NCBI GenBank assembly: GCA_964517255.1
Contig: CAZFBP010000001.1
Location: 1-36,363 of the forward strand
Direction of reading: 5' to 3'
Source of the DNA: an uncultured Chryseobacterium sp.
GTDB lineage: Bacteria > Bacteroidota > Bacteroidia > Flavobacteriales_F > PHOS-HE28
Length of the DNA: 36,363 bases
Shown here: positions 1 through 7,283 of the stretch, piece after piece
Numbering within the stretch: position 1 is the first letter of the stretch
How the letters are laid out: each line of letters starts with the position of its first letter
Translations under genes and position numbers: made by a program
Notes under the pieces: model-generated
Databases searched by the model: none
What the model saw: the letters and a program-made list of their open reading frames with translations, nothing else
Told to the model about the DNA's origin: nothing

Positions 1-1
1 C

Positions 2-316
2 TTCTCGGTGCGCCCCGCCAACACGCCCGTGGGCATGCCCACAGCGCCGCAGAACCTGCGCGCCAAGCGCGGCGTGCTGGGCGGTGAGGTGGACCTGCGC
101 TGGGACCGCGTGAAGGACCGCTTGATGTACGCGCTGTACATGAATGCCGGCGACCCGAACGTGGAGGGGGGCTGGACGCTGCTCACGCAGACCAGCAAGA
201 ATTTCCACGTGGCCGAGGGCCTCACCAGCGACCATGTGTACTACTTCCGCGTGGAGGCCATCGGCAGCGCCGGTGCCGGCCCCGCCAGCGACAGCGCGGT
301 GAGCAAGGCCGCTTGA
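2..316 (+). CDS. C-terminal fragment of a fibronectin type III (FN3) repeat protein; the 5' end is outside the window
   Basis: The frame is open from the window edge to TGA at 314-316. The tail shows the FN3 pattern (PTAPQNL...VDLRWD...YALY...W...GLTSDHVYYFRVEAIGSAGAGPAS). Third positions are GC-rich. A GC hairpin follows at 356-380. Confidence 0.7.
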   Translation, partial: FSVRPANTPVGMPTAPQNLRAKRGVLGGEVDLRWDRVKDRLMYALYMNAGDPNVEGGWTLLTQTSKNFHVAEGLTSDHVYYFRVEAIGSAGAGPASDSAVSKAA

Positions 317-355
317 GCCGCACGCCGCGAAGCCGTCCTTCCTCGATGCTTCCCG

Positions 356-380
356 CCCCGGATCCCGCAAGGGACCGGGG
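356..380 (+). terminator. GC-rich hairpin with a GCAA (GNRA) tetraloop downstream of the FN3 gene; candidate terminator without a U-tract
   Basis: CCCCGGATCCC-GCAA-GGGACCGGGG forms a 10-bp stem with one bulged A, 40 nt after the stop codon. Confidence 0.4.
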
Positions 381-406
381 TCGGGGGCGTGAGAACCCAC
401 CGCACC

Positions 407-850
407 ATGAACGCACCGAACACCCCTGCTCAGCAGATCGCCTCGGCCTACGAGCGCGACTACATCACCTGGTACCAGCGCACCGTTGACCATGCGGGCA
501 CGCCCTTCGACCCCGCCGCGCTGGCCAATCTGGTGCGCGCGCAACACCCCACCCTGCCGCAGCTGGCGCAAGCCCTTGAACGCGCGACCGCCATCTGGCC
601 CCGCAACACGTTCTACAGCTATTTCCTCTCCTACATGGACCGCAGGCAGCACTGGCATTTCCTCTTCTCCTTCCCCTTGCATCACCCTGTGCTGGGCGAT
701 CTGGTGGTGGATGCGGTGCGCGACCCGCGCCAGCCGGAGCGCATGGCCATTGGCGGCGTGGAGTACCTGAGCCGCGTGATGGGCCGCCTTCCCGATGTGG
801 ACCCGGCGATCACCTTGCTGCACCTGCACGCGCAACACCCGTGCGCATGA
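407..850 (+). CDS. Hypothetical protein (147 aa), no recognisable motif
   Basis: ATG at 407 (an alternative GTG lies at 389). Third positions are GC-rich. Its TGA (848-850) overlaps the ATG (847-849) of the next gene as ATGA. No TM segment or signal peptide. Confidence 0.55.
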   Translation: MNAPNTPAQQIASAYERDYITWYQRTVDHAGTPFDPAALANLVRAQHPTLPQLAQALERATAIWPRNTFYSYFLSYMDRRQHWHFLFSFPLHHPVLGDLVVDAVRDPRQPERMAIGGVEYLSRVMGRLPDVDPAITLLHLHAQHPCA

Positions 851-1614
851 CCATCGCTCCCTTGCCCATGCACGCGCGCGTGCATTGGCCGTTGGCGCTG
901 CGCGCCGCATGGCCCCGCTTGAACTGGCTGGCAGGCACGCCCTACGCCCTGCTGCTGCACGCGCACGAGCAGGGCGCGGTGCACGGCTGCGCGGGCGCCT
1001 TGCGCTTCGGCGCCGACGCGCGCATCGTGCTGCTGCACGCCGAAGCGGACGATGCGGTGCTGCGCGCGGCGCTGATCGATGCGCTGATCGCGCACCTGCA
1101 AGTGGACGGTGCGGAGCGCATCCAAGTGGTGGCGCGTACCGCTGAGGTGTCCTTGTGGCATGCGCGCGGCTTCACGGTGCGCGAATCGCAGCTGCGCGTG
1201 CAGGGCGGCCGTTTCGTGCAGGCCTCGCACGCCGAGGTGGTGCCCCTGGAGCCGCGCCACCGGCTGGGCGTGCTGCACCTGGACCGCCGCGCCAACGGCA
1301 TGTTGCGCACCGGTCTGCTGCTCGAGCACGAATACCTGGCCCATGTGCATGTGGAAGGCAATGTGGTGCGCGGCTTCGCGATGCCCTTGCTGGGCGAGGG
1401 GCTCATCGTGGCCGATGCGCCGCATGCCGGACTGGAGCTGCAGCGCTGGCTGCTGCCGCACCAGGCGCATCTGCTCCTGCCCGTAGGCAGCCCCGCGCTG
1501 GCGCACCTTGCGGAGCGCGGTTACGCGCAGGAGCAGGTCGGCATGCGCATGGTGCTGGGCGCCGACGCGGCGCGTCCCGACTTGATCCATGCCGAACCGT
1601 TCGGCGCAGTATGA
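847..1614 (+). CDS. GNAT-fold-like protein (two-lobed, YitH-like layout), acetyl-CoA loop apparently degenerate
   Basis: The N-terminal lobe ends in a GNAT-like beta-alpha-beta (LIDALIAHLQVDGAERIQVVARTAEVSLWHARGFTV). The second lobe resembles the C-terminal domain of YitH-type GNATs (GFAMPLLGEGLIVADAPHAGLELQRWLL...GMRMVLG). The usual Q/R-x-x-G-x-G/A motif is not visible. The start is coupled by ATGA to the upstream gene. Confidence 0.4.
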   Translation: MTIAPLPMHARVHWPLALRAAWPRLNWLAGTPYALLLHAHEQGAVHGCAGALRFGADARIVLLHAEADDAVLRAALIDALIAHLQVDGAERIQVVARTAEVSLWHARGFTVRESQLRVQGGRFVQASHAEVVPLEPRHRLGVLHLDRRANGMLRTGLLLEHEYLAHVHVEGNVVRGFAMPLLGEGLIVADAPHAGLELQRWLLPHQAHLLLPVGSPALAHLAERGYAQEQVGMRMVLGADAARPDLIHAEPFGAV

Positions 1615-1632
1615 GAAATTGGATTGGTATGG

Positions 1633-1676
1633 CCAAGAAAGGAGGGGGGTCATTAATGACCCCCCTCCTTTCTTGG
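1633..1676. repeat. Perfect 44-bp palindrome (22-bp arms, no spacer) between the GNAT-like gene and the pYEATS-like gene
   Basis: CCAAGAAAGGAGGGGGGTCATT|AATGACCCCCCTCCTTTCTTGG; I verified the arms base by base as exact reverse complements. It lies 19 nt after the stop at 1614 and 47 nt before the ATG at 1723. Confidence 0.9.
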
Positions 1677-1722
1677 AGGGCTGGTGCGGCACCCTCACCT
1701 TCGGCATGCGAAACCCGATGCC

Positions 1723-2589
1723 ATGAGCGCCGATGCCGCACCCGCCTCCGCCACGCCCGCGAGCAACACCGGTTCGGGGCTCTTCCAAGTGGCGCCTTCC
1801 CTGGCGCGCAGCCCCTTGGGCATCATCGCGCTCTTCATCCTGCTGGTGTACGCCATCGCGGGCATCGTGTGCGCCACGTGGAAGCCGCCGGTGCCCGACC
1901 TGCTGCTCTGGTTCATCGTGGGCTTCCCGGTGCTGGTGTTCGTGGTGTTCACCTGGCTGGTGGTGGAGCACCACTTGAAGCTCTACGGGCCGGGCGATTT
2001 CAATGATCAGAACCACTTCCTCGCCATGCAGAAACTGGGCGAAGTGCAGAAAGCCGCGGAATTGCTGCAGCCCGAGCTCAGCGCCGTAGGGCTCCCGGAC
2101 CAGGTGAATCCGGCCAAGCTCGCGGCCGAGGCCATCGCGCTCCTCAAGCGCGGCATGCCGTCTGTTCCAGCGCCCGCGCCAGCGAACGTGCGCGCGGCGA
2201 CCGCGGCTCGCACCACCGATGCCAGCAACGACGACCCGCAGAAAGGGAAATGGGGCGGGCAGAGCGAGCGCGATGGTTACAAGGTCTATGTATCGGGCAA
2301 CACGGTGCGGGAGATCACGCCCGACCTCTTCCGTTTCACCTTATGCGTGAGCAGCATGTCTGATGCGGAACCGTTGACCGCCCCGGTCCGGTTGCATCTG
2401 CACGACAGCTTCGATCCCATGGTTCGCATGCTGAACCCGGAGAACGGCCAGGTGCGCGTGCCCATGGTGGTGTACGGCTCCTTCACCGTGGGCGTGGAGG
2501 TGCTGGTGCCGGGCCACGAGCCGGTGCGGCTGGAGCTCGACCTCGCCGATCCATCGATCCATTCCCCACAGGCCTTCAAAGACCGTTGA
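1723..2589 (+). CDS. Membrane protein with two N-terminal TM helices and a C-terminal prokaryotic YEATS-like (pYEATS) beta-sandwich domain
   Basis: TM1 is LGIIALFILLVYAIAGIVCATW and TM2 is LLLWFIVGFPVLVFVVFTWLVV. The C-terminus (DDPQKGKWGGQSERDGYKV...FRFTLCV...PLTAPVRLHLHDSFDP...VPMVVYGSFTVGVEV...PVRLELDLAD) matches my recollection of the pYEATS family pattern (DP.KG.fGG....nGr...f.v.l.V...PL.g.V.FhLHptF...a.GaFTvGa....t.LELDLa). The ATG at 1723 is preferred over the ORF-track start at 1684. Confidence 0.55.
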   Translation: MSADAAPASATPASNTGSGLFQVAPSLARSPLGIIALFILLVYAIAGIVCATWKPPVPDLLLWFIVGFPVLVFVVFTWLVVEHHLKLYGPGDFNDQNHFLAMQKLGEVQKAAELLQPELSAVGLPDQVNPAKLAAEAIALLKRGMPSVPAPAPANVRAATAARTTDASNDDPQKGKWGGQSERDGYKVYVSGNTVREITPDLFRFTLCVSSMSDAEPLTAPVRLHLHDSFDPMVRMLNPENGQVRVPMVVYGSFTVGVEVLVPGHEPVRLELDLADPSIHSPQAFKDR

Positions 2590-2592
2590 TGC

Positions 2593-3309
2593 ATGAATGA
2601 CCGACTCCTGCCCAAGTGGCTGCAAGCCGTCTTCCTCCTGCTGCCCGTGCTGCTCATCGTGCTCTTCGTGGGCGCGAGCTACTGGCAGGTGAAGGATGTG
2701 AGCGATGGCATCATGGCGCGCGAGCGCGCGGACCTGAGCGCGCTCTGGAGCGCGCAGCCCGGCGATAGCGCGCTCACCAGCGGCGAGTACGCGAGCCTGG
2801 TGAAGTGGCGCGCGCTGGTGGCCATGGAGCACGAGGCCATCGCGCAGCGCTACGAGCAGGGCGGCATCCTGGCGGTGTCGCGCATCACCACCAAGTACCT
2901 CGGCTTCCTCACGGGCATGATCATGGCCATCGCCGGGGCCATCTTCATCGTGGGCCGCATCAAGGAGGGCGAGAGCACGGCGAAGGCCAGCCTCGGCGAG
3001 CGCTCCTTCAGCCTGCGCTCCACTTCGCCCGGCATCTTCTTCGGCGCGCTGGGCACCGTGCTCATGGCCCTCACCATCCAGCAGCACACCGACATCGGCA
3101 TCACCGACACGCCGCTGTACCTGCACCCCACCAACACCTACCTGCTCGACGCGCGTCGCGACACGCGCTCCGACGCGGCCTTCATGAACGCCATCACCGC
3201 GGGCGCCGCCACAGCGCCTGCTCCCGCCGCAGCGGCTGGCGATACCACGGCTCAATCGTCCACGCCGGAACCCAGCGCGGTGGATCCCGCCACCGTGAAG
3301 AAGCCATGA
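2593..3309 (+). CDS. Hypothetical 3-TM membrane protein with an Ala/Pro/Thr-rich C-terminal tail
   Basis: The ATG lies 3 nt after the upstream stop. The TM segments are WLQAVFLLLPVLLIVLFVGASYW, YLGFLTGMIMAIAGAIFIVG and GIFFGALGTVLMALTI. Its TGA (3307-3309) overlaps the next ATG (3306-3308). Confidence 0.65.
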   Translation: MNDRLLPKWLQAVFLLLPVLLIVLFVGASYWQVKDVSDGIMARERADLSALWSAQPGDSALTSGEYASLVKWRALVAMEHEAIAQRYEQGGILAVSRITTKYLGFLTGMIMAIAGAIFIVGRIKEGESTAKASLGERSFSLRSTSPGIFFGALGTVLMALTIQQHTDIGITDTPLYLHPTNTYLLDARRDTRSDAAFMNAITAGAATAPAPAAAAGDTTAQSSTPEPSAVDPATVKKP

Positions 3310-4688
3310 GGCCCCGCCGCCATCTCCTCTTCGCGATCGCGCTCGTGTGCGCATCGCTCGCCCACGGGCAGTCCATCATTCCCGTGAACCGCTTCCTCAC
3401 CTTGCTGGAGCAGCAGGACTTCAACCGGCTGCACGCCGAGGCGCAGGCGGTGCGCGAGGGTCCGTGCGGCAAGCACTACGTGGTGGACTATTTCATCGCG
3501 CGCTCGCTGTGCGGATCGCCCGGCCTGGAGAGCAGCGGTCGCGAATGGTTCGATTACCTCCTGGACCATTACGCCATCCCCAAGGAGCTGCTGGGCGCTT
3601 TCCGCACGGACCGCACGGCATGCGCCTCGGGCGGCAGTGCCGCAGCAAGCCCTGCATTCGACCCGCGCTATCTGCGGCTGGAGATCGACCCCAGCAGCGT
3701 GCGCGGCAAACTGGGCCCGCTCGGCGATTGCTTCGGCACCAAGAAGAAGCCGCTGCACCCGGACCAGCCGCGCCTCACCGAGCAGCTCAACGACCTGAAG
3801 AGCAACTTGATCCCGGTGCAGCGCGCCGATACCGCCGAGGGCATGCGCGTGCTGCGCGGCGCACTAGGGAAGAAGTACCGCATCGCGGTGCACGACCCCT
3901 TCATCCTTGTGGCGCCCAAAGGGCTCAAGGACAAATTGCTGGAGGACCAGGTGGCCGATGAGCTGCGCCGCGCAGCCGAGTACTACGTGAGCGAATTCGG
4001 CTTCGAGCTGCCGCCCTATTACATCATCGCAGGCCTCATGCACGACTCGAAGGCGCTGACGGAATTGAGCAAGGCCTCCCACGGCTTCGCGCTGCCCAAG
4101 GAGTACTTCGGCTATTCGCACACCGGCGACATGTCGCTCTTCACGCGCTCAATCATGGGCAGCGTGGCCACCGCGCGCCACGAGCTCTTCCACCTGCTGG
4201 CGCGCACCAACTCCGGCGACCTGCCGCCCTGGCTCGATGAAGGAGTGGCCAGCGTACTGGAGGCCTCGGAATGGAAGGAGGGGAAATTGAAAGGCAAGCT
4301 GACGTACGGCTACAACTACCGTCTTGAAGCCCTGCAGAACGCACGCCACCTGCGCGAGGTGAGCCAGGCCATACCGCGGATCGATGCGTTGGTGGACATG
4401 GGCTGGGAGCGCTTCGAGGGCCGCGACGATGATCCGGAATGCATCCTGGCCCTGCACTACGCCGTGGCCAAGCACTTCGCGCTCTTCCTGCAGGAGGAAG
4501 GCAAGCTCGCTGCGGTGCTGCGCGCGCACCAACGCCTGGTGACCACCGACGCGGAGGGCAGGACCCGATTCCGCACGAGCCATCAGGTCACCGAGGAGGC
4601 GCTCGGCGAACCGCTCAGCGTTGTCCGCGCCCGCTACGAGATGTGGTTCAAGGACACGTACGGCTTCGACCCATACAAGCCATTCTGA
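3306..4688 (+). CDS. Secreted HExxH metallopeptidase-like protein (MA clan, DUF1570/Peptidase_MA_2-like)
   Basis: The internal ATG at 3306 of ORF 2805..4688 gives a classic signal peptide (MRPRRHLLFAIALVCASLAHGQS). The motif HELFHLL...PPWLDEGVASVLE corresponds to HExxH plus the downstream WL.EG.A glutamate seen in MA-type peptidases. The portion upstream of 3306 overlaps gene 2593..3309 in another frame. Confidence 0.55.
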   Translation: MRPRRHLLFAIALVCASLAHGQSIIPVNRFLTLLEQQDFNRLHAEAQAVREGPCGKHYVVDYFIARSLCGSPGLESSGREWFDYLLDHYAIPKELLGAFRTDRTACASGGSAAASPAFDPRYLRLEIDPSSVRGKLGPLGDCFGTKKKPLHPDQPRLTEQLNDLKSNLIPVQRADTAEGMRVLRGALGKKYRIAVHDPFILVAPKGLKDKLLEDQVADELRRAAEYYVSEFGFELPPYYIIAGLMHDSKALTELSKASHGFALPKEYFGYSHTGDMSLFTRSIMGSVATARHELFHLLARTNSGDLPPWLDEGVASVLEASEWKEGKLKGKLTYGYNYRLEALQNARHLREVSQAIPRIDALVDMGWERFEGRDDDPECILALHYAVAKHFALFLQEEGKLAAVLRAHQRLVTTDAEGRTRFRTSHQVTEEALGEPLSVVRARYEMWFKDTYGFDPYKPF

Positions 4689-4691
4689 GCC

Positions 4692-6458
4692 ATGCCTCTG
4701 CTCGACCTCCACGCCCACTTCAGCTTCAAGCCCGCGAACAGCAGCGGCGCCGATGGCCGCCTGCCCGACAGCAACCACTGGCGCGAGCGCTTCAAGGACC
4801 CCGCCGACTTCAGCCGCTTGATCACGCTGCTGGACCGTGAGGCCGTGAAGAGCAGCCAGCTGCATGGTGATGCGGCCACGGTGGGCGGCTTCCGCGTGGT
4901 GGTGAACGCGTTGTACCCGCTGGAGAAAGGGTTCACTTCGGTCATCTTCAACCGCGAGCTGGCCACCCTCACGGGCCACGACGTGGCCGTGCTGGAGGCC
5001 ATCAATGAGGACCGCATCGCGCCGTTCACCCTGCTCTGCCGCGAGTACGGCAACCTGCTGGCATCCGAACGCGCGGAGCGCGCGCAACGGATCAGTGCCG
5101 TAGGCAATGCCTTCCGCCTGGTGAAGGACTACAACGGCATCGTGGCCGCGCTGCGCGAGGACCCCGCCACCATCTGCATCGTGAACAGCGTGGAGGGCGC
5201 GCACGCCTTCGGCGACCTGCTGCTCGATGCGCGCGGCAACCCCCGGAGCATCCACGACGCCGAGCACGTGCACCTGCGCGGCGTGGGCAACGGGCCACGC
5301 CGCCACGAACTGCGCCGCTGGGTGCAGGCCACGCGCACGAACATCGAGCGCGTGAAGACCACTTGGTCGCAGCCGCCCTTCTTCGTCACGTTCGCGCACC
5401 ATTATTACAACCACCTCTGCGGGCACTCGCCCAGCCTGATGGCCTCCATCAACGCGCTGTGCAAGCAGGATGGCCGGGTGTACGATGAGGCCGGCCAGGC
5501 GCGGGTGCGCTATTTCGACCTGGGCATGCGCACCTGGGGACAGGAGGTGATGGATGAATTGCTGAGCCGCCAGAGCTCCACCAGCCAGCCCGTGCGCCGC
5601 ATCCTCATCGACACCAAGCACATGAGCCCGCAGGCGCGCGTGGACTACTACACCCACCTGGTGCTGCGCAGGCAGCAGGGCGACAAAGTGCCCATCGTGG
5701 TGAGTCACAGCGCGGTGAGCGGCCGCCGGAGCCTGCAGGACACCATCGCGCACAACAACAACCCGGGGGCGGACTTCGATCTGCGCCCTGGTGAGGAAGT
5801 GAGCACGCGCTACTTCTACGATGGCGTGATCAACCTCTTCGACGACGAGATCCAGCGCGTGGTGGCCACCGATGGCATCATGGGCCTGATGATCGACGAG
5901 CGCCGCATCATGGGACGCGAGATCCCGCCCGAAGGCGGCGTGACCATGGACACCTTCACCGCGCGCAGCAAGGCGATGCGCGGCCTAATGCACGACTGGA
6001 CCATGCTGAAGCAGCGCCATGCCTGGGGCCGTGTGAATGCGGCCGACTTCGCCAACCAGCTCGCGAGCATCAACCGCCAGATGGAGCCCTTGCTCGCCGA
6101 TCTGCGTCCGGCCTACCTGAGCGTGGTGTTCCGGCAGCTCTTCCACATCATGGCGCTGGTGGGCGAGCGCGGCTGGAACCATGTGGCACTCGGCACGGAC
6201 TACGACGGCGTGATCAATCCGATCGACATCTACAAGCAGAGCAGCGACATGGCACGCCTGCGCCAGGACCTCATCGATTTCTGGAACGCCAGCCTCAACA
6301 GCCCCGATGCCGAAGTACGCGCGCTGTACACGCTGCACGGCTACGGCCAGGACCCGGCCGTGTGGGTGGACAAGCTGCTCTGGGGCAACGGCATGGACTT
6401 CCTCCGCAAGTACTACAACGACGACTACCTCCTTCACGGGCAGCAGCCCATCATCTGA
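4692..6458 (+). CDS. Peptidase M19 (membrane/renal dipeptidase)-like amidohydrolase-fold protein, unusually long (588 aa), no signal peptide
   Basis: An M19-like motif series is present: LDLHAH (metal-binding N-terminus), NSVEGAHAF, VTFAHHYYNH, IVVSHSAVSG and VALGTDYDGVINPI (compare GsDfDG). The ATG lies 3 nt after the upstream stop. Confidence 0.55.
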   Translation: MPLLDLHAHFSFKPANSSGADGRLPDSNHWRERFKDPADFSRLITLLDREAVKSSQLHGDAATVGGFRVVVNALYPLEKGFTSVIFNRELATLTGHDVAVLEAINEDRIAPFTLLCREYGNLLASERAERAQRISAVGNAFRLVKDYNGIVAALREDPATICIVNSVEGAHAFGDLLLDARGNPRSIHDAEHVHLRGVGNGPRRHELRRWVQATRTNIERVKTTWSQPPFFVTFAHHYYNHLCGHSPSLMASINALCKQDGRVYDEAGQARVRYFDLGMRTWGQEVMDELLSRQSSTSQPVRRILIDTKHMSPQARVDYYTHLVLRRQQGDKVPIVVSHSAVSGRRSLQDTIAHNNNPGADFDLRPGEEVSTRYFYDGVINLFDDEIQRVVATDGIMGLMIDERRIMGREIPPEGGVTMDTFTARSKAMRGLMHDWTMLKQRHAWGRVNAADFANQLASINRQMEPLLADLRPAYLSVVFRQLFHIMALVGERGWNHVALGTDYDGVINPIDIYKQSSDMARLRQDLIDFWNASLNSPDAEVRALYTLHGYGQDPAVWVDKLLWGNGMDFLRKYYNDDYLLHGQQPII

Positions 6459-6464
6459 CGCACC

Positions 6465-7283
6465 ATGCGCTCCGAAGACGGATTCATCCTGATGAACGGC
6501 GACGAGTTCGCGCGATACCTGGCCACCGCGCACGTGCCGCGCGCGGTGGTGCGGCTGCAGAACCACCACACCTACATCCCCGGCTACGCCCATTTCAAGA
6601 ACGACAATCATTTCTCGTTGCTGCGCAGCATGAAGCGCAGCCACGTGCAGCAGCGCAAGTGGCGCGACATCGGGCAGAACCTCACCACCTTCCCCGATGG
6701 CACCATCGCCGTATGCCGTCCGCTCGCGGAGACGCCTGCCGCCATCTACGGTGCCAACACCGGCGCGATGGCCATGGAGCATGTGGGCTGGTTCGATACG
6801 GGCGAGGATGCCATGACGGCGGCCCACAAGGAGATCATCGTGCAGGCCAATGCGCTGCTGTGCAAGCGCTTCAACCTGGTGCCGGGCACGGAGAGCATCG
6901 TGTACCATCACTGGTACGACCTCAACACCGGCAAGCGCACCAACGGCACGGGCGTCACCAAGAGCTGCCCGGGCACGGCCTTCTTCGGCGGCAACACCGT
7001 GCAGGCGGCGCAGGCCCATTTCATCCCGCTGGTGCAGCAGGCCCTTGCCGGCTTGCAGGCCGGAGCAGCGCCTGCGGCATGGCCTGCGCTGGGCAGCGGC
7101 GCCGTTGATGCCGACGCGTTGAACGTGCGCGACCGGCCCGCCACCAGCGGCGCGGTGCTGCGCAAGCTTCGGCGCGGCGACCGCGTGCAATGGTTCGCCG
7201 AGAGCGCCGCCTACGGCTCCATGCCCTGGGTGCGCATCGATGCCAGCCGTGAGGAATGGGTGGCGAAGCCTTACATCCAATGA
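6465..7283 (+). CDS. N-acetylmuramoyl-L-alanine amidase (Amidase_2/PGRP fold) with a C-terminal SH3b domain; no signal peptide
   Basis: Zn ligands of the T7-lysozyme type are present (LQNHHTY ... IVYHHWY ... TKSCPG). The C-terminus (ALNVRDRPATSGAVLRKLRRGDRVQW...WVRIDASREEWVAKPYI) is a typical SH3_3 pattern. The N-terminus MRSEDGFILMNGDEF is not hydrophobic. Its TGA overlaps the next ATG. Confidence 0.75.
   Translation: MRSEDGFILMNGDEFARYLATAHVPRAVVRLQNHHTYIPGYAHFKNDNHFSLLRSMKRSHVQQRKWRDIGQNLTTFPDGTIAVCRPLAETPAAIYGANTGAMAMEHVGWFDTGEDAMTAAHKEIIVQANALLCKRFNLVPGTESIVYHHWYDLNTGKRTNGTGVTKSCPGTAFFGGNTVQAAQAHFIPLVQQALAGLQAGAAPAAWPALGSGAVDADALNVRDRPATSGAVLRKLRRGDRVQWFAESAAYGSMPWVRIDASREEWVAKPYIQ

Noticed and set aside
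2805-3305. N-terminal 167 codons of ORF 2805..4688
   Set aside because: This part overlaps gene 2593..3309 out of frame and is Arg/His/Gly-rich. The internal ATG at 3306 overlaps the upstream stop and exposes a textbook signal peptide. The same logic removes the extensions 24687-25385 (rnhA), 28108-28596 (TPR-like) and 29142-29492 (sensor phosphatase).
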